Shown: positions 50,096 through 59,876 of the stretch, piece after piece | Position numbering within the stretch: position 1 is the stretch's first letter | How the letters are laid out: the number at the start of each line of letters is the position of its first letter | DNA from: Escherichia phage vB_EcoM_E9.1 | Sequence record: PP886230 | Direction: 5' to 3' (one strand) | DNA: 64,000 bases | Position numbers and translations under genes: made by a program | The notes under the pieces: generated by a model | Database searches by the model: none | What the model saw: only the letters and a program-made list of their open reading frames with translations | What the model was told of the DNA's origin: nothing

Positions 50096-50367
50096 TTAAA
50101 AAACTCTTGACTGGAATCATTGTGTGCAGTACAATGTTTCTTACAGCATGTAATGATGACGGCAGGTTTAGTGCAAAAGACTTAGTTCGTCAGGATTGTA
50201 CATTCACAGGTAAGTCTTTTATTAACGAGTATGAAATATGTACACAATCAGGTCGTATCTGTGGTGGTTGGGAAAAACGACAGGAGCGATTGTATGTATA
50301 TGAATGCCCTGGACATCACAACAAAGTACTAAGCACACACAAACTTGTTTATGATAAGGTTGAATAA
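50092..50367 (+). CDS. putative lipoprotein
   Basis: Signal peptide + lipobox ...VCSTMFLTAC. Confidence 0.5.
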   Translation: MIKKLLTGIIVCSTMFLTACNDDGRFSAKDLVRQDCTFTGKSFINEYEICTQSGRICGGWEKRQERLYVYECPGHHNKVLSTHKLVYDKVE

Positions 50368-50582
50368 TGACTACCAATGAAATGATGCAGGTTATTTGGG
50401 ATAAAGGTTGTGATATTAAAATCACTAGTACTGATGTTCGTGTATTCAAAACTGAATATATGGAGTACTTGGACCTTGATACTTATAATAATATTGTATC
50501 AATTGAACACAAAGGTGCAGTACTGGAAACCATTGACGTAGTACTCAAGAAAGCTACCGACCTATTAGGAGTGGCAGTGTGA
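50367..50582 (+). CDS. hypothetical protein
   Basis: Track ORF; TAATG coupling. Confidence 0.45.
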   Translation: MTTNEMMQVIWDKGCDIKITSTDVRVFKTEYMEYLDLDTYNNIVSIEHKGAVLETIDVVLKKATDLLGVAV

Positions 50583-50735
50583 ATAACAAAGAGTGGGAAG
50601 ATTACCGCAAGAAGTGCAGGGAGTTTGATAAAGAACTTACTGGTACAGTGAATGCAGTAATGTGGGTATCTGTAATTATTGCAGTTCTTGCGTTGGGTGC
50701 TATTATTATTAATAAATTATTCTAAGGCGAATATC

Positions 50736-50936
50736 ATGTTTACTTTATATCTCGCAGTAGTTCTCACCAATGGTGAAATCACTCGTACTATTGGTGAAGG
50801 TGTATATAAAACACCAGACCAGTGCTACTCTGCCACTCATTGGCCTCGCGATAGTGGGGATGAAACTCGCACTGAATTCAAATGCATGAAAGTAAAAGGT
50901 GATTTTGTTAACCTTAAGGTTATCGAGGCGAAATAA
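50736..50936 (+). CDS. small protein with N-terminal hydrophobic segment
   Basis: Internal ATG of track ORF 50679..50936 behind AAGGCGA. Confidence 0.45.
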   Translation: MFTLYLAVVLTNGEITRTIGEGVYKTPDQCYSATHWPRDSGDETRTEFKCMKVKGDFVNLKVIEAK

Positions 50937-51454
50937 TGGATATTAATGAGTTGTTGAAATTAGTGTTTAATCGTGAACGCCGCGATACAAGACCAATTGA
51001 ATATCAAGATGTGATACGCATTGAAACTGATTTCTGTTATGGTAAAACAACTCATGACCTTTTGAATCTCTCTGGAAAACGCTATGCTGATGTTTGTTTT
51101 TCAGAGAGAAGTGATGGTTCAGAAATAACGAGTACTGATATTGTTTGTTACGCACGCAGTGCTGATAAATCTTATGAAATAGAACTTATATATTCCCCTA
51201 GTTCTAAAACAAATCATCACCGCCATATTTTATATGATGTTTATACACCACCTGGTATTGCTGAATATTTTGTTATTGATTATAGTACTGAAGAAAATGT
51301 GTTTCAACAAAGTTTGATTCATAACTTTGAGGTGAATGATCCATTAGTACCAAAGTTGTTCAAACTACTTGACACCATAGATGTTGATTTTGAATTTGTT
51401 ATGTGCATTAGAACTTCTTTATTCAATGAATTCATGGAACTTTTTAATATATGA
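50936..51454 (+). CDS. EE-x-FFQ family protein
   Basis: ...TEENVFQQSLIHNFEVNDPLVPKLFKLL... Confidence 0.55.
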   Translation: MDINELLKLVFNRERRDTRPIEYQDVIRIETDFCYGKTTHDLLNLSGKRYADVCFSERSDGSEITSTDIVCYARSADKSYEIELIYSPSSKTNHHRHILYDVYTPPGIAEYFVIDYSTEENVFQQSLIHNFEVNDPLVPKLFKLLDTIDVDFEFVMCIRTSLFNEFMELFNI

Positions 51455-51672
51455 ATAGATACTATGTTGTGTATGAACACGTCTCTGAATTTAATAACAT
51501 ACGCGGGTTTTCCAGAGTAGTCACCAAGATGGATGTATTCATTCGTGCTCTTAGTGAAGTAGATGCACTGTTTAAATTGTTTGATGAAATTACAAAGTAT
51601 AACACACCTAAAACACACCGCTATGTGGAAACTGTACATAGCATTATGCTAACTGAAAGTGATGAGGAATGA
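51451..51672 (+). CDS. hypothetical protein
   Basis: Track ORF; ATGA overlap. Confidence 0.45.
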   Translation: MNRYYVVYEHVSEFNNIRGFSRVVTKMDVFIRALSEVDALFKLFDEITKYNTPKTHRYVETVHSIMLTESDEE

Positions 51673-51675
51673 TAA

Positions 51676-51894
51676 ATGAATTTATATCTAGTTGAAGGTT
51701 TAGTACAAGTCTATAAACCAGAAGGTGAAGGTCAACGTTTTTCACACGTAGAAGAATTTAAGTACGTTGTACAGGCTGATGGTCAGTACGATGCGGAAAT
51801 TCAAGTAGATGAATCATTCCGTAAGAAAAATGAAATTGGTAAATTTCAATACCAGAACTTACAATATAAAGTATGGCCTAGTATAAATGACTAA
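51676..51894 (+). CDS. hypothetical protein
   Basis: Track ORF. Confidence 0.45.
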   Translation: MNLYLVEGLVQVYKPEGEGQRFSHVEEFKYVVQADGQYDAEIQVDESFRKKNEIGKFQYQNLQYKVWPSIND

Positions 51895-52102
51895 GATGTG
51901 GTGGTGTCATGGTGTATATAACGTGTATGTAAATGGTAGATATAAAATGTCTAGTACCTATGCAAGACGTGTTAATGCGAACAACCAAGTTGATGCTGCT
52001 TGTGAGATCATTGAGTGGTATGCTGAGTTCAATGCACCTGACTATATGTACGAAATAGTTACAATAAATGTTGTACAAATCGATACATCTTTGATACAAT
52101 AA
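51887..52102 (+). CDS. hypothetical protein
   Basis: Track ORF. Confidence 0.45.
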   Translation: MTKMWWCHGVYNVYVNGRYKMSSTYARRVNANNQVDAACEIIEWYAEFNAPDYMYEIVTINVVQIDTSLIQ

Positions 52103-52134
52103 CCACATCAAAAAAATTGCATCTGAGGATACTT

Positions 52135-52797
52135 ATGTTAGTTAATCTTAATTTCATCACTTCACCTGACTGGGCATTACGTGGAGTTTCTTTAAACTTC
52201 AAGGAAACTATGTTTGACTACATTGGTGAGTGTACATTGGTAAATGCAACTTTTGATCCAAATCATCCGTTTTGGGCTGAAATTCATGATCCAAATGTAA
52301 ACAACAATACATCTGTTATGACTATTGTCCAGACTAAACATGCAGGTATCCTTGCAGGTTATCGACCTGCACATGCAATTGAACACTTCACTGATTACGA
52401 TGTCGTGGATGAATACCCAATGATCCATGAAGATGGAAGTCTATACACATCTGAAGACTTCCGTGCTATCTTTAATAGTACTGATGATATTCTACCAAGT
52501 GGACGTCCACGTCCTGAGTCTTATCTTATGCATCCATCTTATGGTGTAGCAGATACGCTTGAACAGATTATGAATAAGTACAAGAACCTAATTGAAGGTC
52601 CAGAAGAAATTGTCCTGTGCTATCACCCAGTACTGAAGTCTGAACAACCAAAGGATGGTGGATGGCGTTGGCATAAGAATGGTGAGTATATCGGTACTAA
52701 ACGAAGTAAAGAACGTTTTGAGTACTTGTATGATGAGCCAGATGTTGATGTGGTTTTGTGTTATAATTTTATTAAGGTGAAAAAGAAATGTATCTAG
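52135..52797 (+). CDS. hypothetical protein
   Basis: Track ORF 52117..52797 (TTG); ATG 52135 behind GAGGA. Confidence 0.55.
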   Translation: MLVNLNFITSPDWALRGVSLNFKETMFDYIGECTLVNATFDPNHPFWAEIHDPNVNNNTSVMTIVQTKHAGILAGYRPAHAIEHFTDYDVVDEYPMIHEDGSLYTSEDFRAIFNSTDDILPSGRPRPESYLMHPSYGVADTLEQIMNKYKNLIEGPEEIVLCYHPVLKSEQPKDGGWRWHKNGEYIGTKRSKERFEYLYDEPDVDVVLCYNFIKVKKKCI

Positions 52798-53030
52798 TAC
52801 TAAGTTTTGTTGTTGCACTATTGTTTATGTTCTATCCTACACTAGTGGCATTAGCCACTAGGCGAACGATGGTAGATCTCACTACTGTATTCTTGCTAAA
52901 CGTGGCATTAGTACTGGTGTCTATTATCATTCCAGTGAGCTTTACAGTTATTGATATTATTTCGGTATTACTCTTCGTGTTAAGTTATCTTATGCTTATT
53001 GAAGAAACAAATGTTGACAAACGTTCGTAG
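52788..53030 (+). CDS. small membrane protein
   Basis: Track ORF; hydrophobic. Confidence 0.45.
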   Translation: MYLVLSFVVALLFMFYPTLVALATRRTMVDLTTVFLLNVALVLVSIIIPVSFTVIDIISVLLFVLSYLMLIEETNVDKRS

Positions 53031-53041
53031 TACTGTATAAT
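53014..53041 (+). promoter_or_regulatory. sigma70-like promoter
   Basis: TTGACA-N16-TGTATAAT overlapping the end of CDS 52788..53030. Confidence 0.55.
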
Positions 53042-53088
53042 GGTTCCTGTAGTCTGAAACTTAACACTTAAACTTGAGGTAAAAAAAT

Positions 53089-53415
53089 ATGCTATCAGTA
53101 CTAATTTCAATTCCGTCTTTAATTCTGATTTGGCTTCTGGTTTACGAATGCTTTATTACTGATGATAATGATAAAAAAGAGTTCTCTGAGTTGTTTATGC
53201 TTGATTCACCGATTGTGCGTATTTTCTATACAGTCGTTGTGGTTTCAGTAATTGTATGGATTTTGAGTTTTATCTTCCCACTCGGTGCAGTAGTTAAAAC
53301 TTTGGATTTAGTTGAGAACTTTGTTGCAATTATGTGGCTAATCAAAGCACTATTTGCAGGAAATGTTAAAATTTGGATTGATATTATCAAATTCAAGTTC
53401 ACGAATAAGATGTAA
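53089..53415 (+). CDS. membrane protein
   Basis: Track ORF; RBS TGAGGTAAA. Confidence 0.5.
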   Translation: MLSVLISIPSLILIWLLVYECFITDDNDKKEFSELFMLDSPIVRIFYTVVVVSVIVWILSFIFPLGAVVKTLDLVENFVAIMWLIKALFAGNVKIWIDIIKFKFTNKM

Positions 53416-53493
53416 CAGTGAAAATATCTCTATAGTATTAAATACTTCTGTACATATATATAGTACAGAAGTATTTCTCGTTAGAGGTTTGTT

Positions 53494-53853
53494 ATGAAGA
53501 GTTATATAAAATTAATAGCACTTGTGTGTGCATTATTTTCATGTTTTAGTTATGGTGCAGCAGCAGAAACATATTGTCGTAGTACTAAGGGAACGTGGCA
53601 TGTATTGACTAACGACCCTAGAAATGGTAAAAATATAGTTGTTGATGGTGTGATTTATCGTTTTAAAGTAGAAAGTATTATCGGTAATAAAAAAATCTCG
53701 ACTTATAGAGATGATTCTGGTACATTAGCAAACGTAATATTAATTGTAGACCCAAGAACTGGTAATGGTGATATCTATATAGTAATTTACTTGGACTCAT
53801 CGGTACGCCGTGACCTAGATATAGATAAATTGAACTTACACTGTGAAATATAG
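53494..53853 (+). CDS. secreted protein (signal peptide)
   Basis: N-terminal MKSYIKLIALVCALFSCFSYGAAA. Confidence 0.5.
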   Translation: MKSYIKLIALVCALFSCFSYGAAAETYCRSTKGTWHVLTNDPRNGKNIVVDGVIYRFKVESIIGNKKISTYRDDSGTLANVILIVDPRTGNGDIYIVIYLDSSVRRDLDIDKLNLHCEI

Positions 53854-53864
53854 GACTTAAAAAA

Positions 53865-54242
53865 ATGGTAAACACTATTTTACTTTTGTTGTTGAATATT
53901 CCAATTATTCTGTCTTTTTTAATTTCTATTTTTATGGCAGGATATTGTTTAGTTGCAGTAATTCATTTCATTTTAACAAACAAATATGTCCTAATTTCTA
54001 AGCTTGATTCTATTTTTGCTTGCGATTCGATTGCTTATAACTTGTGGTTAATTTGTTCTTGCATTATGGGAGTAACTTTCCTTCTGTATGTATTTGATGT
54101 CCTTGACCAAAAGTTCGTATACATCAGTACTGGATTGGCTCTTTATCCTGCTACGTGGTACTTGATTTACGTTGGTGATATATGGTATAGTACTTATAAA
54201 GAATATCAGTACAAGAAATCACTTAACGTTGGAGGAAAATAA
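53865..54242 (+). CDS. integral membrane protein
   Basis: Track ORF; multiple hydrophobic segments. Confidence 0.5.
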   Translation: MVNTILLLLLNIPIILSFLISIFMAGYCLVAVIHFILTNKYVLISKLDSIFACDSIAYNLWLICSCIMGVTFLLYVFDVLDQKFVYISTGLALYPATWYLIYVGDIWYSTYKEYQYKKSLNVGGK

Positions 54243-54244
54243 TC

Positions 54245-54595
54245 ATGAAAATTATTTTATTTTTTGTATGTATGTTAATGTGTGGATTGTCATATGCTGA
54301 ACCATTGGAAGGTTTAGTTTGTACAGATGGTAATATTAAACATATCTATCAAGGTGATAGTGACGATCGAGATATTGTATATATTGATGGACAATCATAT
54401 ACGTTTGTTAAAGAGCATACAGTAGGCGACATTAGCTTCACTGAGTTTTCTAACGACACAGACCCTAACTTCTTAGCGTTTATTGAAGTAGATGTATATG
54501 AAGATAGTAATGGCACACAATATGCTAAATTAGTTATGATGCGTCGTGGTGCTAAAGAAACTAGTTTTGGTGGCTTGTGTAAATATAAGGATTGA
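54245..54595 (+). CDS. secreted protein (signal peptide)
   Basis: N-terminal MKIILFFVCMLMCGLSYA. Confidence 0.5.
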   Translation: MKIILFFVCMLMCGLSYAEPLEGLVCTDGNIKHIYQGDSDDRDIVYIDGQSYTFVKEHTVGDISFTEFSNDTDPNFLAFIEVDVYEDSNGTQYAKLVMMRRGAKETSFGGLCKYKD

Positions 54596-54599
54596 TATT

Positions 54600-54791
54600 A
54601 TGTTGATTTATCAAAGTGATAATATTCGTGTTATGCAGCATCCCTACTTACAAATCTTTGATGTGCAGCAGTATATGGAAGGTGATGACCCAAGAACCTA
54701 TGGTCGTAAGTATGATTACTTCACTGTAAAGCAGTGTAAAAATATTAACGAAGTACGACAATTAGTTCAAGAACTTCAAAACAAAGGTTGA
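54600..54791 (+). CDS. hypothetical small protein
   Basis: Internal ATG of track ORF 54546..54791 behind AAGGA. Confidence 0.4.
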   Translation: MLIYQSDNIRVMQHPYLQIFDVQQYMEGDDPRTYGRKYDYFTVKQCKNINEVRQLVQELQNKG

Positions 54792-54817
54792 CTTCGGTCA
54801 GCCTTTTTTGTTATAAT
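54784..54817 (+). terminator. terminator-promoter cassette, copy 1 of 5
   Basis: AAGGTTGAC-TTCG-GTCAGCCTT hairpin + TTTTTT overlapping stop codon; TTGACT in the stem and TATAAT 18 nt downstream. Confidence 0.6.
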
Positions 54818-54845
54818 TCTCTTAATAAATTAGAGGATTTTAATT

Positions 54846-55286
54846 ATGTATGTATATCGTTTTGAACTTAAATTTAGTTACATTGAACCTAACTTAGATC
54901 CTGCACGAACTGTAGGTCCGTTTGCACGGTATTCAACTAGATACAGTACTAAAAATGGATTTGACCGTTTGCTTATGACTACACCTTCTCAATTCCAACC
55001 TGAACCAACTGAGGATGGGATCTATTCAATCAAAAGTGGATGGGTATTTGGCTGTCAAAGTTTGAAAGATTTGTTCAGATTCTTCACTATGGACTTGGGT
55101 AAATTGCATCGTGCTGGGTTTGCTATATCTGTATATGAAGTTCCAGACCACCATGTAGACATTGGTCGTAATCAGGTTCAGTACTATTGCGGTAGTGCTA
55201 AATTAGTTCGTATCATGTCAGTTAAGGAAGCAAAGGATGAGTTCCGACAAAGTAAAAGAGAAACACATGAGGTAATATATGGATAA
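54846..55286 (+). CDS. hypothetical protein
   Basis: Track ORF; RBS AGAGGA. Confidence 0.5.
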   Translation: MYVYRFELKFSYIEPNLDPARTVGPFARYSTRYSTKNGFDRLLMTTPSQFQPEPTEDGIYSIKSGWVFGCQSLKDLFRFFTMDLGKLHRAGFAISVYEVPDHHVDIGRNQVQYYCGSAKLVRIMSVKEAKDEFRQSKRETHEVIYG

Positions 55287-55623
55287 AACTCAAATAGAAT
55301 TAAAGAAATTTGTTTCATTCTATTTTCCTGATGACCCACGTAATTCACAAAAAGATATTGAATATTATAATATCCTATCTAAACAGTTAATGAGAAAGTT
55401 TCAACAGTGTTTAACTATATTCAATACAGATGGAAGACGTAGATACCGAATCGTTTCAATGAATGATGAAAACGCAAATTTCTTTGATTACGATGTAGTT
55501 TTTAGAGCATATAATGATGATCGTATAAAATTAAATTATGATCAAATTATACTTGACCTGAATGTTATATGTGTTATAATCACTCACGTAGCCGAACTTA
55601 ATGGTTTTAAAGAATGGTATTGA
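55279..55623 (+). CDS. hypothetical protein
   Basis: Track ORF. Confidence 0.5.
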   Translation: MDKTQIELKKFVSFYFPDDPRNSQKDIEYYNILSKQLMRKFQQCLTIFNTDGRRRYRIVSMNDENANFFDYDVVFRAYNDDRIKLNYDQIILDLNVICVIITHVAELNGFKEWY

Positions 55624-55637
55624 ATAGAGGATAACAT

Positions 55638-55904
55638 ATGAAGCTTAAATTACAATATAATGGATTTACTTTACGTAATGATACTGAATTTATTAATCGT
55701 TCTCCTGGTGCTGAACTGTTTTTACGAGAGATGAACATTCCTTTCATCATTACTACAGTGGGCGACCGTGAAGTTCTACAATATGCAGAGCATCCGATTA
55801 TTGATGTTCCTTGGTACTCTGAGCATATGTACATGGATATGGCACGTCGCTACAACTGTAAGTTCGTAGTTGAAGGTGATAAAATTACAGTCGAATTTAA
55901 ATAA
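55638..55904 (+). CDS. hypothetical protein
   Basis: Track ORF; RBS AGAGGA. Confidence 0.5.
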   Translation: MKLKLQYNGFTLRNDTEFINRSPGAELFLREMNIPFIITTVGDREVLQYAEHPIIDVPWYSEHMYMDMARRYNCKFVVEGDKITVEFK

Positions 55905-55916
55905 GGTAAATTAAAA

Positions 55917-56210
55917 ATGATCAGTACTTCAGTTAATGAAAGCATCGTCGCTGACGTAGAAATGGTTAAAGAATGTGCAGATGAAACTCTTCGTGATATG
56001 TACATTAATGATTTAATTACTGAATACGGTAGTCGTGGTGTACACGAATTTATTCGTTTAAGTGGAGAGTTGATGAAAAATCGAATTCGTATGAAGCTTA
56101 ACGTACATCCAAAAGCATGGGCATTTACATTAAAATACGCAGAAGATATTGTGAATTTGCGTCGAACTGAAGTATATGAACGTTTGCACAATGGTATGTT
56201 AGATAAATGA
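55917..56210 (+). CDS. hypothetical protein
   Basis: Track ORF. Confidence 0.5.
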   Translation: MISTSVNESIVADVEMVKECADETLRDMYINDLITEYGSRGVHEFIRLSGELMKNRIRMKLNVHPKAWAFTLKYAEDIVNLRRTEVYERLHNGMLDK

Positions 56211-56262
56211 TTGTAAAAAAGGAATTCTTAAATGAATTCCTTTTTGTTTATAAGGTATAGTA

Positions 56263-56484
56263 ATGAAATATATAGTACTTGTACTGATATTATTCAGTAC
56301 TGTTGTAAGTGCTAAACAAAAAGAATATGTTAAATGTATAAATTATGAAGAGAAATATGTTGAAACATATAAAAAAAGTATAATTAAAAACGTTTCGATT
56401 ACTAACAGAGCAACAATCATTGTACTTAAAAATGGGTTAATTATGCTATATAAACCACACGTTAAATGTGAAATTATTAATTGA
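56263..56484 (+). CDS. small secreted protein
   Basis: N-terminal MKYIVLVLILFSTVVSA. Confidence 0.45.
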   Translation: MKYIVLVLILFSTVVSAKQKEYVKCINYEEKYVETYKKSIIKNVSITNRATIIVLKNGLIMLYKPHVKCEIIN

Positions 56485-56491
56485 GGAAATT

Positions 56492-57064
56492 ATGAATCGT
56501 AAAGGTCGTTTTAAAGTATCAAAAAAGAACAAAAGTTCTAGGTTTAAACCTATTGTTTTAACAGTTAAATCTAACAAAGAATTAACTGCACTTAGTAAAA
56601 AGATAATTTCATCTAAGATTGAAGTATCATACGTAAATTCATTAAAATATATGAATGTCAAACCACTGGACCAACTCATTTCACTTATATTTGAACGTAA
56701 TGATTTTGAGATATCAGTAGATGATTATAGAGCCTATAATGCTGGTTTCATTAATGTTACTTGTAATAAAAAACTAACTGAGTTGGAAAATTTGTCATGT
56801 ATAATAAATCTAGATAAAGGTGTTGTGAAGTACCATTTTGTACATTTCACTAATATCAATAATGGAATGGGTGTACAATCCAGACCTATAGTGCCTACGT
56901 GTGATGTTACTAAATTAGCAAAGCTCAATGATGAAGAATATTTTCAAGAAAGCATTGTAACTGAGCATTTAGATGATATAATAGCTACTTACAAAGAATG
57001 CATATGGGTGTTGAATGCTATAAAACCTAAATTGTGTTTAATGAATATTGTTCGTGATTTATGA
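56492..57064 (+). CDS. EE-x-FFQ family protein
   Basis: ...NDEEYFQESIVTEHLDDIIATYKE...; ATG 56492 behind GAGGAAA. Confidence 0.55.
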   Translation: MNRKGRFKVSKKNKSSRFKPIVLTVKSNKELTALSKKIISSKIEVSYVNSLKYMNVKPLDQLISLIFERNDFEISVDDYRAYNAGFINVTCNKKLTELENLSCIINLDKGVVKYHFVHFTNINNGMGVQSRPIVPTCDVTKLAKLNDEEYFQESIVTEHLDDIIATYKECIWVLNAIKPKLCLMNIVRDL

Positions 57065-57077
57065 ATGGGGAATCGTA

Positions 57078-57521
57078 ATGAGTTGGGTAAATGTTAATAG
57101 TATTGAACTTAACGAACAAGATATTTTTGCATTTGTAAATTTAACTAATAACACAGTACTAAAAGGGCGTTTGTTCAGTGCTAGTGATGGGTACAAATGG
57201 ATCTCTTTGATGGATGATAGTGGTGTGATTTATAATGTAATGCAATTACCCCAATGGGTATATAGTAACACTGCTGACGATGTTCTTACCGCAGTTATGC
57301 GTGAGTTTGAAAAACTCCCAGGTGGTGATATCAAAAACAAAGTTTTTAATGCAGAACGTAAAAATTATACAGCACAGCAGTTGGAATCCCTTGCCATTGC
57401 TGCTTATCAAGCTGCTATTAAGAAGCCAGAGTGCGTTATTCTTAAGTATGTACCAGACTTAAAACTTACGTTGGAAGACATGGATGCATTCATTTTTACA
57501 TCTGAACTTGATCAGTACTAA
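57078..57521 (+). CDS. hypothetical protein
   Basis: Track ORF 57048..57521 (TTG); ATG 57078 behind GGGGAA. Confidence 0.5.
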   Translation: MSWVNVNSIELNEQDIFAFVNLTNNTVLKGRLFSASDGYKWISLMDDSGVIYNVMQLPQWVYSNTADDVLTAVMREFEKLPGGDIKNKVFNAERKNYTAQQLESLAIAAYQAAIKKPECVILKYVPDLKLTLEDMDAFIFTSELDQY

Positions 57522-57528
57522 TTTAACT

Positions 57529-57558
57529 TTGGGACAACCATTCTTATTATGATATAAT
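57529..57558 (+). promoter_or_regulatory. promoter, extended -10 with TTGGGA -35-like element
   Basis: TTGGGAC-N17/18-TATGATATAAT; ~80-nt leader with hairpin TGTCATT...AATGACA. Confidence 0.45.
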
Positions 57559-57636
57559 GTTTTATGTCATTCGATATAAATGACAACGGAACTATAAATA
57601 TTATAGTAAAATTTATCTCTTATAGGAGTTATAAAA

Positions 57637-58020
57637 ATGGTTGATAAATGGAATAAGAAAGATCCATCACATGATGTTGATATTTCTGGTCTAGACAATG
57701 CACATAAGCACAAGTATCTAGATTCACTAGGTCTTCTAAAACCAGACCAAAGTCTTGCACATGATCGTCCATCCCGTGAAAAAGCATTTAGCCTAGAATC
57801 ACTAGGTCATGAGCTTAATCGTGTGTTTGAGGATCACCCAATCTATGTACGTGATATTATCGAGAAACTTAAAGTAACTCCTAAAGAGCACTTTAAAGCA
57901 ACTGTACACTCTGCATTCCGTGCATTACATGAATCTCTAAAGAAAACTCACAATCTTCGTAAAATTCATGATGAAATCGTGAATGCAATCGAAAGTGAAA
58001 AACATAAGTTCAAGAAGTAA
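57637..58020 (+). CDS. hypothetical protein (shares SLGLL motif with 58266..59543)
   Basis: Track ORF; RBS TAGGAG; ...HKHKYLDSLGLLKPDQ... Confidence 0.5.
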   Translation: MVDKWNKKDPSHDVDISGLDNAHKHKYLDSLGLLKPDQSLAHDRPSREKAFSLESLGHELNRVFEDHPIYVRDIIEKLKVTPKEHFKATVHSAFRALHESLKKTHNLRKIHDEIVNAIESEKHKFKK

Positions 58021-58025
58021 TAAAA

Positions 58026-58060
58026 AGGGGTTGACTAAGGTCAGCCCTTTGTTGTATCAT
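58026..58060 (+). terminator. terminator-promoter cassette, copy 2 of 5 (variant loop TAAG)
   Basis: GGGTTGAC-TAAG-GTCAGCCC hairpin + TTTGTTG; TTGACT in the stem, TATCAT downstream. Confidence 0.5.
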
Positions 58061-58089
58061 AAATTCTCAATATAACTGAGGTATCATAT

Positions 58090-58203
58090 ATGCAAGGTTT
58101 GAAATTTGTAGTTGCTGCACTCATCGCCGCAGTACTGGTTGGTGGTGTATTCTATGTAGTGGATCAAAAAGTAAATCCACCTGCACAAGAACAATCTAAG
58201 TAA
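58090..58203 (+). CDS. small membrane peptide (37 aa)
   Basis: Below track cutoff; RBS TGAGG; MQGLKFVVAALIAAVLVGGVFYVV... Confidence 0.4.
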   Translation: MQGLKFVVAALIAAVLVGGVFYVVDQKVNPPAQEQSK

Positions 58204-58209
58204 CAAAAT

Positions 58210-58242
58210 AAGGTTGACTTCGGTCAGCCTTTTCTTTATACT
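58210..58242 (+). terminator. terminator-promoter cassette, copy 3 of 5
   Basis: AAGGTTGAC-TTCG-GTCAGCCTT hairpin + TTTCTTT; TTGACT-N17-TATACT. Confidence 0.55.
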
Positions 58243-58265
58243 ATAAATATAGACATAGAGAAAAA

Positions 58266-59543
58266 ATGAAATCTATGGAGAGAAATCAAATGCCAAGTAA
58301 TTTTACTGATAAAAATGGTGGTAACATGGCTGGTCACTCTGATAAATGGAGTGAACGCAACCGCCGTCCAAATAGTTATCAAGCAGGTCAAGGTTCACGT
58401 GGATCACGTAACCAAGGAACTGGTCTAGCTGGTAAAGCAAACGCAGAAGCAGGTGAAGTTAAGAGTACTGAGAACATGACTGAGCTAGAAAAGCTACGTT
58501 ATGTTAATTCATTGGGACTTCTTAATGCTACACAAAAACAACGCCTAGCTGATATGGAACGTGAAGAAAAAGAAAAATCTGCTCCTGCTAAAGAAGAACC
58601 AAAACAAGAAGCACCAAAGGCGGTTAACCCTGTCAAAGAACTGTCGGATAAGTTAGGTAAGATTTTTGCTAATAAACCACAACTTATCCAAGGTATTGTG
58701 AAAGAATTGCAATCTGTACCTAAAGAAGAATTAAAAGTCAAAGCACAAGCTGTGCTTGATGCAATGAGTGGAAATACCAGTACTGAACCAACTGAAGTAT
58801 TCAGTACTATAATGCGTGCACTTGAAGGTACGCAACAAGGTGATGTGCCTGCACAAGAGGAAGTAAGTCTTGAAAGCGTACTTAAAACATTTGATAGTAT
58901 TGGTAAAGAAGACCGTGCTAATGCTCAACAAGTTAAGAATGTACTAGCTAAGTTAGAAAACCGTCTGGAAGGTAAAGACGATAAGATTAAATTAGTATCT
59001 GATGCAGTTAACGATGCACTTAAATCTTATGTACAAGGTGAAAAGAGTCGTTTTGTAACTGCAATGGATGCTGCATTCAATACTATGAAAAAGTATGAAG
59101 CTGATCATGGTGAGAAGGTTACACGAGATGGTTATCTGATGCGTGATGATGAAGAAGGTGCAGTAGAACAGAACGATGTTCATTCAGACGAAGAAATTGA
59201 TGACATGGAAGCTGAACTGTCACAAGACCGCCAAATGACTGAAAAATCCCATAACGAACTACAGAAATTAATGCAATGGGTTGCAGATGTTGGTGAAAAA
59301 GCTGGTGCTGATAAGAAGAGTATAAACCGAAATCTTAGTTGGATTAAAGATAAAGTTGGTAACAACGCTCGTAAACTACAAAAAGCGTGGACTGATGTAG
59401 TGAATGGTGCTGTTGACATTGATGTTGAATCCGGTGAGGCATATGATTATGCATTGACTACACTTGATGACTCTTTCCGTGATTACGAAAATGGAAATGT
59501 AACTCCTTGGGAAAAGGACATCATGAGCAAATACGGTAAATGA
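58266..59543 (+). CDS. hypothetical protein (425 aa), Gly/Ser-rich N-terminus, acidic coiled-coil rest
   Basis: Track ORF; ...LEKLRYVNSLGLLNATQ... paralogous to 57637 motif. Confidence 0.55.
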   Translation: MKSMERNQMPSNFTDKNGGNMAGHSDKWSERNRRPNSYQAGQGSRGSRNQGTGLAGKANAEAGEVKSTENMTELEKLRYVNSLGLLNATQKQRLADMEREEKEKSAPAKEEPKQEAPKAVNPVKELSDKLGKIFANKPQLIQGIVKELQSVPKEELKVKAQAVLDAMSGNTSTEPTEVFSTIMRALEGTQQGDVPAQEEVSLESVLKTFDSIGKEDRANAQQVKNVLAKLENRLEGKDDKIKLVSDAVNDALKSYVQGEKSRFVTAMDAAFNTMKKYEADHGEKVTRDGYLMRDDEEGAVEQNDVHSDEEIDDMEAELSQDRQMTEKSHNELQKLMQWVADVGEKAGADKKSINRNLSWIKDKVGNNARKLQKAWTDVVNGAVDIDVESGEAYDYALTTLDDSFRDYENGNVTPWEKDIMSKYGK

Positions 59544-59551
59544 TAAAACAA

Positions 59552-59584
59552 AAGGTTGACTTCGGTCAGCCTTTTTTTGTAAAT
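59552..59584 (+). terminator. terminator-promoter cassette, copy 4 of 5
   Basis: AAGGTTGAC-TTCG-GTCAGCCTT hairpin + TTTTTTT overlapping stop; TTGACT in stem. Confidence 0.6.
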
Positions 59585-59614
59585 ACAAAAGAGGAATTAA
59601 GAAGAGGGATTACA

Positions 59615-59866
59615 ATGAAAAAATATATTATATTTGGAATTGTATTATTTTCCAGTACTGCTTATGGTGCAGATTATCATTGCTCCGTAGCAAGGCAGGA
59701 TTTCAGAAATGGGGAGTTCTATACTACCTCATACACAAAAGGAATAATACACGACACCGACAGAACTATTGGATTTAATGCGTTTGACAACAAAGATTCA
59801 TATACTTCAGGTATACTATCTGAGCGTAAGACTGATGTAATGGGAATAGAAAAAGAGTTCCGGTGA
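59615..59866 (+). CDS. secreted protein (signal peptide)
   Basis: Internal ATG of track ORF 59540..59866 behind AGAGGGA; MKKYIIFGIVLFSSTAYGA. Confidence 0.5.
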   Translation: MKKYIIFGIVLFSSTAYGADYHCSVARQDFRNGEFYTTSYTKGIIHDTDRTIGFNAFDNKDSYTSGILSERKTDVMGIEKEFR

Positions 59867-59876
59867 TTCAGTAGCA

